DNA from: Feifaniaceae bacterium
GTDB lineage: Bacteria; Bacillota; Clostridia; Oscillospirales; Feifaniaceae
Direction of reading: 5' to 3'
DNA: 24,000 nucleotides
Assembly: GCA_045545175.1 (NCBI GenBank)
Contig: JAZQAK010000047.1
Location: 98,975 to 122,974 of the forward strand
A program made the translations under genes and the position numbers. Shown piece after piece: positions 1 to 8,592 of the stretch. Every line of letters begins with the position of its first letter. The stretch's first letter is position 1. The notes beneath the pieces are model-generated. The model made no database searches, was not told where the DNA came from, and saw nothing but the letters and a program-made list of their open reading frames with translations.

Positions 1-3000
1 ATACATTTGAACCCCGTCATACTTGAACGTTTGGTTTTCAAAATTAGTAAAAACAAGAACGAGTTTCTTACCTGCTATATAGTCAGAATCTTCTCCCAGC
101 TGCACTTCAACTACATACTTAATTTTGAGGTTTGCTACCGCCTCTTCAATTGCTGTTGCATATCCGTTTATCTTCTCCTGATCATAACCCGTAAGATTAT
201 AGTCAACAGCATTTTTAGCATTATTCAATGCAGCAACAGACTCATCCGTGTAAACCGAAAGATCATCAGGAATAGATGAAATTGCCGTTTCCACTACAGA
301 GTAATCAGCAGACGGTACATACAGTACACCATCAATATAAACCTGTGTATTCCTATCGGTATTAACATTTTCAACCACAGAAAGAAGTGATGCACTTGAA
401 GCGTCAAGATTTACAACGAGATTTGAAGCACTACCCCTCGCAATTCTGTTAATAACCGAGCCTTCTTCGAGGTCATACACACTTACATATGCAGTTCCTC
501 CAAGCGATTTGCCATTACCGTTGCTGCCACCGTATACGTTGTCGATTATTGCTTTACCCGAAATATCAATATGGGAATCTCCGGTCACATTACCGCTATT
601 AGCACCACCAAATATATTCGGTATCTCCGACGTACCCGTTACATAGATGTATGTGTTTCCGTCAAGATCACTACTAAAGCCTCCACCATATATACCCGCA
701 ACTTTTTCATTTTTCTCAACAAAAGTCGTATTGTTTGCATATATGTACGTATTACCTTTATGTGCAATACCAAAGCTGCCACCGAATACTCGAGTCAGAT
801 TACCCGAACCATCTAGAAGCATCTTTGTATCCCCTACTGCACCAGTTGCAGGCTTTTTTCCTGTGCCTTCACTATTACTGATACCGGCAAAGAAATTAAA
901 GTCAAGATAATCTTTGTCTTTGCTGTTAAGTGCAGAGTATATCACATTGCAACCCGTTGCATCATACAAAATCGTCTTAAGTCCGTCACCGTTTTTGACC
1001 ACTGTCGGTATAATATCACCGGTTGAAGAAAATCCAAAAACTCTGTAAGGAATCACAGTGAGGCCTGCATCAACAACCTTCACCTTAATTTCCGGCACTT
1101 CACAATTCCACACATATCCCTCAGCCACAGCCCTGAAAGTAAAGGTTGTGCCTACCGCTTTACCGTCATAGGTTGATGTACATTCCCATGTAACAGGAAG
1201 TTTAATCTCTTTACCGTCTATCGTTACAGGTATCGCATCATAAAATATCGGAGATTCAATATGAGTCACATATTCAGACCAATAAGATGAATTAGCATTG
1301 TCATTATAAGGAAATACCGTATTGGTAACATAACCTGTAAGATTAGTCGCTGTAATAGTTCTTTCTTTAGCAATTCGGTTGTATATCTGACCAAGATGTT
1401 CAGCCATTCCATCGACGATATCCTGATCCTCATAAGGAAGATTATATTCAACAAGAGAGCATGCCTCTTCCCATTTTTCAATATCTTCCTGACTCAATAC
1501 ATCTGTATAAGTATCATATTCTGTTAACATACTCTCTACTTCACTATAGTCAGCATAATAAGGAAGTATTTTTGTATACTCAGTATCAACAGTCATACCT
1601 GAGTCAGTTCCGTCAAACGCAAATTTAAGAAGGCCATTCTTACCGGTAACATAAATATCATTTCTGTCAATCCCGTTACCATCAGTCAACTGGAAAATAG
1701 TAGCATCAATATATCCGCCATATTCTCTCGGGCTTGTGATAGCAACTTTATCGGGATTTACATGATTTATAAATTCATAGCCACTTGATGTGGGATAACC
1801 GTGATGTCCAAGTTTAATTAAATCACAGTCCTTTATCTTCGGTGCAATAATTTCATCATCAAGCCAATCTGTTTCCGATTCCAGATACGTGTCAGCCGCA
1901 AGAAGAATTTTTGCGTCACCGTATGTAAGAAGAGTCGCCATTGAAGCCGTATTCAGATGGTCCTGCATAGGAACTGCCGGATTAAGTGCATAGATTTCAA
2001 CGTCACCTATTGTCATACTGTCATATCTGTTTGCACGCAGAATGGTAGAACCGTATTTTTCTACCGCATTATTGATTGCTGACAATACAGAAATCTGATC
2101 TTGTATGATAAACGTATCAATAGGAAATTGTGCCACAACTTTAGGAAGTCCGCCATAGTGGTCACTGTGCGAATGAGTAATAAGAACATAATCTAATTTA
2201 GTTACGCCAAGCTCCTTAAGAGTTTCAATTACAAGCGGAGCAGTATTTTCCTCACCTGCATCTACGAGCATATTCTGACCATTCGGGAAGGTTATGTACA
2301 TACAGTCACCTATACTGTCATAGTATCTGTATTTGTACTTATCCTCACCGGGATACCTTGTTTCAAGAAATCTTATCACAAGTTTTCCTGCATCACCGTC
2401 AGAGGATATAACTGAATCTCTGTTTTGGGTATAGCGAACAAATTCAAAATTTTCTTCACCTCCAAAATAAGTGATAGTAACGTTATCACCCTCAATAAAA
2501 GGATATACTCTCTGATTGTGTCTTAAAAGACCTTTGTATAACCTTAACGTTGATTTTCCAGTAATATTCTGTGTTTCATACGTATATTCCCACACACCGC
2601 CATATACAGTAGCATCAATATTTCCGTGTACAGTACCTGCACCACTTGTTATGATATACATGAGTTTACCACCATGCTGAATCAGATTTATGTTTCCATA
2701 AACCGTACCCGATGCACCAAGATAAATATTCGTATATGCACCACCGTATACATGCATTTCAATCGAATACTCATCATCTGCATAGTTCTTCGACGAGTCA
2801 CCGGTAGTACTTCCGGACGCACCTCCGCCCATAATGTACTCTTTATGTTGACCGCTTTCAAGAATCACCGTAGTGTGTAAAGTATTACTGCCCGATATGC
2901 CTGCTCCACGTAGATATGCTACGCAACCGCCATCAAGAACGACAGTCGCATCCTTTACAGTTCCTTCACCACCAGCATATAAATTGTTCAGATATCCCGA

Positions 3001-5049
3001 CATAAACGCTATATTGGTAGAGGCAAGACTTGTCCCGGAACTGCCTCCTCCATATACACGTGTCCAACCCGTAATGTCACCACTGTACATAAGTGACATA
3101 TCGTTTGCACGATATAGATATGTACCGTCATCAGCACCTTTGGCAATAACGGACGGCACTCCATTCGCATATAAATATTTCTTAGAAGTATTCACAGATG
3201 CTGTGATGCTATCGTACATATCCATACGCACACCGTTTATATATACGTATTCTGATATTGATGAAGCATACCTTACTCTTGTTACTAGTGCAACGGGTAT
3301 ATCAAGAGTTACTTTACCGGATGTTTCGTTTAAGTCAATTTTATTTTCAACACGAACAACATCACTGTCTACAGCAACTTCAACCCCGCTTCCCTTGACA
3401 TACACAGCATTTATCAGATCTACGTTATCAAAATATGTGTATATACCTGCTATATCAGTTATTTTATAGTTCTTTCTTTCTTCCCCTGAAAATCTAACCG
3501 CTGCTGAATTGATCTCATAGACGTCACCCGATCTGTTAACCTTAGCATCTGTGCTTACTGTAACTTTCATTGAAGGAGAAGTGGTTACATTAAATACCTG
3601 ATCAACTGACAATTCGAACGTGTATACGCCGGCTGTCGGTAAATAATTCTGTGTCGTAAAAGTAGCAGGTATGTCGTATGTATGAGTGTCGTTATTTAAG
3701 GTAAATGACGCCGATACAGTATCAGGCATATCAAGTTCATTAAGTGATATACCTTCAGGGATAACGGTCTCATTTACATATGAAATCGATTCAACAGTTA
3801 CCTCACCCGAATTTGCAACAAGAACGTCTACTGTTGGTAACTCCACGCCATCAGCAAGAACATATTTTTCAGGCAAAACAGGCTTAAACTTGTAAACGCC
3901 AGTTTTTGTTGCAGAATAGTCTGCAGATTCCCATTTAATATCAGAAAGCACGGTTGCCTTTTCCTTTGCATAAACCGTGATACTATCTTTAATAACGTCT
4001 GTTTCTGCTGTTCCAAGATCAGTTACAACAAAATCTGCACCTTTATATTGAACGTCGCTGATAACATCATAGTTTACACCATCAATATAAACATTAACGT
4101 TCTCTTTGCTTATCTGGTATCTCGACAGGTCAAACTTTGCACCCGGAGAAATGTAGAAATTAATCTGTTCCGCATCAGCAGTGTCTATATTTGTGATTTT
4201 ACCTGTAAAATCATCAGCAAGATATATGTTGACCGTTCCGTCATAACTTACGACGTTACTTCCTACCGTTGATCCGTTACCTGAGGTTTTTGCATTGACC
4301 TCATAATGACCGCCGCACGAAAGAGTCTTTATCACAGGTGCGCCTGAAAGATAGATATTTGTAGTACCTTCAAAAGTACCGTTAACGCTTCCTGCATAAA
4401 GGCCGGTATCAATAGTACCGCCATTAACGTAAACTGTACTTGTACCTTTGAAGTTCGTTCCGAAACTTCCGGCAAAGTAATAATTTATACCCGCATTATC
4501 AAGCCAGACGTTAGCAGTCGCAGGTTCTGTCATCGTCTTTTTGTATCCAACACCTGCTATAAGATTTAACGCATGGCCCGTACCTTCCGAAGTCGGCACC
4601 AGATTGTTGAAACCTGTACGGTCATAAAATTTACCGAGAGTATCGCTTGCTTTTCTGAAAGATATGTGCTGACCAACATAATCACGGGCCATAAAATAAC
4701 TTGCACAATGATAGATGCCACCTGATTTGACATTGACAGTTATTGTCGGAGTATCGCAACCAAACGTATATCCTGATGGTGCAACTGCAGTAAATACATA
4801 TGAACCAACCGTATCATAACTATAATTGTCACATTTCCATGTAAACCCATCTACCGTGGTCACTTTGCCCCCGACTACACATTCGAGTGACGAATAGAAC
4901 GTAGGAGTGGTTATCTCTGCTCCTGACCATAAATCCGTTTCACTGACAGGCAGATTTACGCTTGTAATCGTTCCGCCCACTGCCATTGCAGTAATACCTG
5001 TTGGTATCATCAGTAGCAAAGCAAGTATTATAGCAATTATTCTTTTCAT
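1..5049 (-). CDS. Giant secreted multidomain surface protein, partial (C-terminus lies beyond the left window edge). It has a signal peptide, Ig-like domains, three Gly-rich beta-solenoid modules, a ComEC-like MBL-fold hydrolase domain and FIVAR-like helical segments.
   Basis: ATG at 5049-5047 sits 6 nt after RBS GAGGTG. N-terminus is MKRIIAIILALLLMIPTGITAMA (signal peptide, AMA cleavage site). The frame stays open for 1683 codons down to position 1, ending ...DGVQMY. It is absent from the ORF track only because there is no in-window stop, and no competing minus-strand ORF of meaningful size exists. I hand-translated and checked the frame at 541-660, 2161-2220, 3001-3080 and 4981-5049. Confidence 0.85.
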   Translation of the reverse strand, partial: MKRIIAIILALLLMIPTGITAMAVGGTITSVNLPVSETDLWSGAEITTPTFYSSLECVVGGKVTTVDGFTWKCDNYSYDTVGSYVFTAVAPSGYTFGCDTPTITVNVKSGGIYHCASYFMARDYVGQHISFRKASDTLGKFYDRTGFNNLVPTSEGTGHALNLIAGVGYKKTMTEPATANVWLDNAGINYYFAGSFGTNFKGTSTVYVNGGTIDTGLYAGSVNGTFEGTTNIYLSGAPVIKTLSCGGHYEVNAKTSGNGSTVGSNVVSYDGTVNIYLADDFTGKITNIDTADAEQINFYISPGAKFDLSRYQISKENVNVYIDGVNYDVISDVQYKGADFVVTDLGTAETDVIKDSITVYAKEKATVLSDIKWESADYSATKTGVYKFKPVLPEKYVLADGVELPTVDVLVANSGEVTVESISYVNETVIPEGISLNELDMPDTVSASFTLNNDTHTYDIPATFTTQNYLPTAGVYTFELSVDQVFNVTTSPSMKVTVSTDAKVNRSGDVYEINSAAVRFSGEERKNYKITDIAGIYTYFDNVDLINAVYVKGSGVEVAVDSDVVRVENKIDLNETSGKVTLDIPVALVTRVRYASSISEYVYINGVRMDMYDSITASVNTSKKYLYANGVPSVIAKGADDGTYLYRANDMSLMYSGDITGWTRVYGGGSSGTSLASTNIAFMSGYLNNLYAGGEGTVKDATVVLDGGCVAYLRGAGISGSNTLHTTVILESGQHKEYIMGGGASGSTTGDSSKNYADDEYSIEMHVYGGAYTNIYLGASGTVYGNINLIQHGGKLMYIITSGAGTVHGNIDATVYGGVWEYTYETQNITGKSTLRLYKGLLRHNQRVYPFIEGDNVTITYFGGEENFEFVRYTQNRDSVISSDGDAGKLVIRFLETRYPGEDKYKYRYYDSIGDCMYITFPNGQNMLVDAGEENTAPLVIETLKELGVTKLDYVLITHSHSDHYGGLPKVVAQFPIDTFIIQDQISVLSAINNAVEKYGSTILRANRYDSMTIGDVEIYALNPAVPMQDHLNTASMATLLTYGDAKILLAADTYLESETDWLDDEIIAPKIKDCDLIKLGHHGYPTSSGYEFINHVNPDKVAITSPREYGGYIDATIFQLTDGNGIDRNDIYVTGKNGLLKFAFDGTDSGMTVDTEYTKILPYYADYSEVESMLTEYDTYTDVLSQEDIEKWEEACSLVEYNLPYEDQDIVDGMAEHLGQIYNRIAKERTITATNLTGYVTNTVFPYNDNANSSYWSEYVTHIESPIFYDAIPVTIDGKEIKLPVTWECTSTYDGKAVGTTFTFRAVAEGYVWNCEVPEIKVKVVDAGLTVIPYRVFGFSSTGDIIPTVVKNGDGLKTILYDATGCNVIYSALNSKDKDYLDFNFFAGISNSEGTGKKPATGAVGDTKMLLDGSGNLTRVFGGSFGIAHKGNTYIYANNTTFVEKNEKVAGIYGGGFSSDLDGNTYIYVTGTSEIPNIFGGANSGNVTGDSHIDISGKAIIDNVYGGSNGNGKSLGGTAYVSVYDLEEGSVINRIARGSASNLVVNLDASSASLLSVVENVNTDRNTQVYIDGVLYVPSADYSVVETAISSIPDDLSVYTDESVAALNNAKNAVDYNLTGYDQEKINGYATAIEEAVANLKIKYVVEVQLGEDSDYIAGKKLVLVFTNFENQTFKYDGVQMY
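1650..2350 (-). other. Metallo-beta-lactamase fold (ComEC/Rec2-like, COG2333-type) domain inside the giant protein. Boundaries are approximate.
   Basis: Motifs read in frame: NMLVDAG, LITHSHSDHYGG (HxHxDH, encoded at 2161-2178), ILLAADT, and IKLGHHGYPTSS...PDKVAITS, which resembles the ComEC C-terminal KVGHHGS..TS...P..AIIS pattern. Confidence 0.7.
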
Positions 5050-5084
5050 ATTTCTCACCTCTTATAAAATCCATATACAATATT

Positions 5085-5113
5085 ATTGTAATGAACATTA
5101 CACACATTTGCAA
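5085..5113 (-). promoter_or_regulatory. Sigma-A-type promoter of the giant surface protein gene.
   Basis: Minus strand reads TTGCAA (5113-5108), 17-nt spacer, TACAAT (5090-5085), about 35 nt upstream of the ATG. Confidence 0.5.
5087..5102. promoter_or_regulatory. Perfect 16-bp palindrome TGTAATG-AA-CATTACA, a candidate operator overlapping the promoter spacer and -10.
   Basis: 7-bp arms are exactly complementary with a 2-nt centre. It lies inside the spacer and -10 of the predicted promoter. Confidence 0.45.
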
Positions 5114-5171
5114 CATTTTTTTAAATAAATACTTACACCTCGTAAAATCCATATAACTATACTAAGTATAC

Positions 5172-5208
5172 AAAAAAGAGACATTCGGTAAACGGATGTC
5201 TCTTTTTT
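5172..5208 (-). terminator. Rho-independent terminator after tyrS. It is flanked by an A-tract and a T-tract, so it is potentially bidirectional.
   Basis: AAAAAAGAGACATTCGG-TAAA-CGGATGTCTCTTTTTT. The stem is GAGACAT/ATGTCTC plus extension, with a U-run on the minus-strand transcript, 7 nt after the tyrS stop. Confidence 0.8.
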
Positions 5209-5214
5209 ATAATA

Positions 5215-6444
5215 TTATTCTATGACGATCTTCACAACCGTCTTTTTACCCTTCTTCAGCACAATGTAACCCTTATCAAACGCCGATTTTTCAACCGTTG
5301 CTTTAACATCAGTAATCTTAACGTCATCAATCAAGATGCCACCCTGCTCAACAAGTGTTCTTGCATCTCTCTTCGACGGACAAACACCGGATGCTACAGC
5401 AATGTCAAGTACACCACAAGTACCTTCAGCCAAAAGTTCTGCGGAAACTGTCTTTTCAGGCATATTTTCGGACACACCGCCTGCACCGAAAAGTTTCTTT
5501 GCCGCTTCCTGTGCCTTATCAGCCTCTTCAACGCCGTGTACCTGCTTTGTTATCTCGTAAGCAAGCACTTCTTTTGCTGCATTGAGCTGACTTCCTTCAA
5601 GTGAACCGTACTTTTCATCAATTTCCGCAACCGAGAGGAAAGTAAGCATTTTCAAGAAACGAACAACGTCAGCATCGTCAACGTTTCTCCAGTACTGGTA
5701 GAAATCATAAGGACTTGTCTTTTCAGGATCAAGCCATACTGCACCCTTCTGCGTTTTACCCATCTTCTTGCCCTCACTGTTGGTAAGAAGTGTAAAAGTC
5801 ATACCGTATGCACTCTTCTGGCTTCTCTTTCTTATAAGTTCAATACCGCCAAGAATATTTGACCACTGATCGTCACCGCCGAGCTGAAGATTACAGCCGT
5901 AATCTTCATTAAGCTTATAGAAATCGTAACCCTGCATCAACATATAGTTAAATTCAAGGAACGAAAGGCCTCTTTCAAGGCGCTGTTTAAAGCACTCTGC
6001 CGACAACATTCTGTTAACCGAATAATGTACTCCGTTATCACGGATAAAGTCGATATAGTTAAGATTTCTCAGCCAGTCGGCATTATTTACCATCATAGCC
6101 TTATTTTCGCCAAATTCAATAATCTTCGACATCTGCTTTTTAAAGCATTCGCAGTTATGATTGATAGTTTCAATCGTCATCATCTGACCCATATCACTTC
6201 TGCCTGAAGGATCGCCTATCATTGCTGTACCGCCACCTATCAGAGCAATCGGTTTATTTCCCGCACGCTGCATTCTTGCCATAATCATCATCTGCATATA
6301 ATGCCCTACGTGAAGGCTGTCAGCAGTGGGGTCAAAACCAATGTAAAACGTACATTTACCGCTGTTAAGCAGTTCCCTTACCTCATCTTCGTGTGTTACC
6401 TGAGCAAGCAGACCTCGCTCCTGAAGTTCTTCGTAAATTCCCAT
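5215..6444 (-). CDS. tyrS: Tyrosine--tRNA ligase.
   Basis: 409 aa. HIGH motif as HVGH, KMSKS motif as KMGKT, GGDDQW block, and a C-terminal S4-like domain ([16 protein letters not shown]). Confidence 0.95.
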   Translation of the reverse strand: MGIYEELQERGLLAQVTHEDEVRELLNSGKCTFYIGFDPTADSLHVGHYMQMMIMARMQRAGNKPIALIGGGTAMIGDPSGRSDMGQMMTIETINHNCECFKKQMSKIIEFGENKAMMVNNADWLRNLNYIDFIRDNGVHYSVNRMLSAECFKQRLERGLSFLEFNYMLMQGYDFYKLNEDYGCNLQLGGDDQWSNILGGIELIRKRSQKSAYGMTFTLLTNSEGKKMGKTQKGAVWLDPEKTSPYDFYQYWRNVDDADVVRFLKMLTFLSVAEIDEKYGSLEGSQLNAAKEVLAYEITKQVHGVEEADKAQEAAKKLFGAGGVSENMPEKTVSAELLAEGTCGVLDIAVASGVCPSKRDARTLVEQGGILIDDVKITDVKATVEKSAFDKGYIVLKKGKKTVVKIVIE

Positions 6445-6447
6445 AAT

Positions 6448-8115
6448 TTATCTCTCCATTTCATTAATAAGCATTTCTTTTGCGGCTATAAGTGCGGATT
6501 CTGTTATATCCGAACCGCTCATAAGACGTGCTACTTCTTTTGCACGTTCATCTATTGTCAGTTTAGACAAATGCGTATACGTTTTGTCAGCATCCGAATC
6601 TTTGTAGATCAAATAGTGAATGTCCGCCTTTGATGCAATCTGAGGCAGATGTGTAATACATATTACCTGAACTTTTTTTGAAAGTTCATGCATTTTAACA
6701 CCTATTTTATCTGCAGCGCTTCCCGAGACGCCCGTATCTATTTCATCGAATATCAAAGTTTTTACCTTATCAACATCAGCAAATATGCTCTTTATAGCAA
6801 GCATTATACGTGACAGTTCACCGCCCGATGCAACTTTTGACAACGGTTTAGGCGTTTCACCTTTATTTGCCGATATGTAAAACTCAAGTTTTTCACCACC
6901 GTTTATATTAAACTTACACGGTTCTGTCACAACGCTGAATTTCACGTTCGACATATTAAGAAAACTAAGTTCTTTTACAACCTCTTCTTCAAGTTTTACA
7001 CAAGCCTTTCTTCTCTTTTCCGAGAGAATATCAGCCTTCTCTTTCAATTTAAGTAAAAGTATATCATATTCTTTCGAAAGTTGCTCTATTTTTTCAGAAG
7101 AAAATGTAATTCTTTCCAATTCTTTTTTACAATCAGAGCAAAATTCAAGAATTCGTTCTTCATCCGCGCCGTATTTCTGCTTGAGACGGTATATCAAATC
7201 AAGTCTGTCTTCAATTTCCGCAAGTTCATTCTTGTCACAGTCTATAGTGCCGATATAATCTGCCATTTCGTTACGTACGTCGGAAATTGTTTCTTTTGCA
7301 TCCTCCAATGCCTCCGACATCTTACTTATTTTCTGTGATAAATCGCAGTACTGCGACATCAGTTTAATTGCCTGTGAAACGCCTGTCAACGCCCCGTCGT
7401 CATCGGAACCTTCAATATAACCGAATGCACCATTGAGTGCTTCAAGCAGTTTAGCACCGCTTCTTATAACGTTTTTCTTTTCTATCAGCAGTGCTTCTTC
7501 CCCTATTTTAAGAGAAGCTGCTTCAATTTCATTTATCTGATAAGACAATAAATCCGTTTTTCTTTCTTTTTCCGCCTTATCAAGTGATAGATTTTTTATT
7601 TCTTCTCGTACAGAACTTATTTCTCTGTATATCTCACGATATTCATCAAGTTCTCTCTCACATTTGCCAAACGTATCAACAAATTCAAAATGTTTTTCGG
7701 GCAGCATCAAGAACTGTGTATCATTCTGTCCATGAATATTCACAAGCAGTTTTCCTATTTCTTTCAGAAGAGAGGCTGTCACCGGTCTTCCGTCAATTCT
7801 TGCAACACTCTTTCCGTCAAGCGAGAGTTCTCGTGATATCATCAGACTTCGTGTATTGCTGTCAAAGCCAAGTTCATTAAGTTTAGCTACCACAGTTTCA
7901 TCAACGTCACGGAACAGAGCCGAAACGTACGCATTGTTTTCACCGGTACGGATAAGTTCTTTGCTCGTTCGTTCACCGAGAACCATATTTATCGCATCAA
8001 TAATTATTGACTTTCCCGCACCCGTCTCACCTGTGAGCACCGAGAAACCGTTTTCAAAAGTGACGGTTAATTTTGATATTACCGCAACATTTTCTATGTG
8101 TAATTCAGTAAGCAT
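6448..8115 (-). CDS. recN: DNA repair protein RecN.
   Basis: 555 aa. Walker A GETGAGKS, long coiled-coil middle, ABC-like signature ASGGELSRIMLAIK, Walker B LIFDEIDTG. Confidence 0.95.
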   Translation of the reverse strand: MLTELHIENVAVISKLTVTFENGFSVLTGETGAGKSIIIDAINMVLGERTSKELIRTGENNAYVSALFRDVDETVVAKLNELGFDSNTRSLMISRELSLDGKSVARIDGRPVTASLLKEIGKLLVNIHGQNDTQFLMLPEKHFEFVDTFGKCERELDEYREIYREISSVREEIKNLSLDKAEKERKTDLLSYQINEIEAASLKIGEEALLIEKKNVIRSGAKLLEALNGAFGYIEGSDDDGALTGVSQAIKLMSQYCDLSQKISKMSEALEDAKETISDVRNEMADYIGTIDCDKNELAEIEDRLDLIYRLKQKYGADEERILEFCSDCKKELERITFSSEKIEQLSKEYDILLLKLKEKADILSEKRRKACVKLEEEVVKELSFLNMSNVKFSVVTEPCKFNINGGEKLEFYISANKGETPKPLSKVASGGELSRIMLAIKSIFADVDKVKTLIFDEIDTGVSGSAADKIGVKMHELSKKVQVICITHLPQIASKADIHYLIYKDSDADKTYTHLSKLTIDERAKEVARLMSGSDITESALIAAKEMLINEMER

Positions 8116-8137
8116 TTACGCTCTCCACAACATTATT

Positions 8138-8584
8138 TTACAGACAGTCTTTTACTTCTTCAACAAAGGCTTCAGCACTTTTTATGTCTTTAAAAGCCAC
8201 AAATATAGTATCATCACCGGCAATATTACCGACACCCGTATTTGTTATAACGTAGTCTATGGCAACACACGCCGCATTAGCCATACCCGTATGACACTTT
8301 ATAACCGCAATATTCATTGCAGCTTCTACGGACAAAACGGCATCGGCAAGAATATTTTTGTACTTTCCTGTACCCATTTCTCGTTTATCACTATCCACAA
8401 CGGCATAGCAGTACTTATCACCTTTTCTCGTTTTGACGAGTTTAAGTTCTTTAATATCTCTTGATATGGTTGCCTGCGTTACTTTAAACCCGTGTTCCGA
8501 TAGAAGATATGCCAACTCCTCCTGCGTTTCAACAGGAGTATCATTTATAAGTTTTAATATAGTATAATGTCGATTATTCTTCAT
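8138..8584 (-). CDS. argR: Arginine repressor ArgR/AhrC.
   Basis: 148 aa. N-terminal winged helix (QATISRDIKELKLVK) and C-terminal oligomerisation domain with the GDDTIFV motif. RBS AGGTGA. Confidence 0.9.
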   Translation of the reverse strand: MKNNRHYTILKLINDTPVETQEELAYLLSEHGFKVTQATISRDIKELKLVKTRKGDKYCYAVVDSDKREMGTGKYKNILADAVLSVEAAMNIAVIKCHTGMANAACVAIDYVITNTGVGNIAGDDTIFVAFKDIKSAEAFVEEVKDCL

Positions 8585-8592
8585 ATCTTCAC

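Larger units (their letters stand above)
5056..5155 (-). repeat. Pair of imperfect direct repeats (5056-5077 and 5136-5155) flanking the giant-gene promoter.
   Basis: On the minus strand both copies read TATATGGATTTTA, then TAA or C, then GAGGTG. There is a 13-nt exact core plus a 6-nt exact SD-like block, about 80 bp apart. The proximal copy supplies the real RBS. Confidence 0.6.

Noticed and set aside
571-4272. Plus-strand ORFs of 60-198 aa across 1-5128 (for example 2873-3469, 2626-2880, 647-910).
   Set aside because: They lie antisense to a continuous 1683-codon minus-strand frame with clear domain motifs. They have low-complexity or odd composition, no RBS and no recognisable motifs, so they are shadow ORFs.
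5087-5102. Reading the palindrome as a CcpA cre site or a Fur/PerR box.
   Set aside because: It lacks the central CG of cre (TGWAANCGNTNWCA) and does not fit the 7-1-7 Fur/PerR pattern. I kept it only as a generic candidate operator.
4940-5152. 70-aa minus-strand ORF overlapping the start of the giant gene.
   Set aside because: It is out of frame with the signal-peptide gene, has no RBS and spans the promoter/UTR. It arises only because both direct-repeat copies contain ATGGATTTTA.
6445-6700. Search for a T-box leader upstream of tyrS.
   Set aside because: The region is recN coding sequence right up to 3 nt before the tyrS ATG. I could not see a specifier-loop/T-box 14-mer or a terminator/antiterminator pair.
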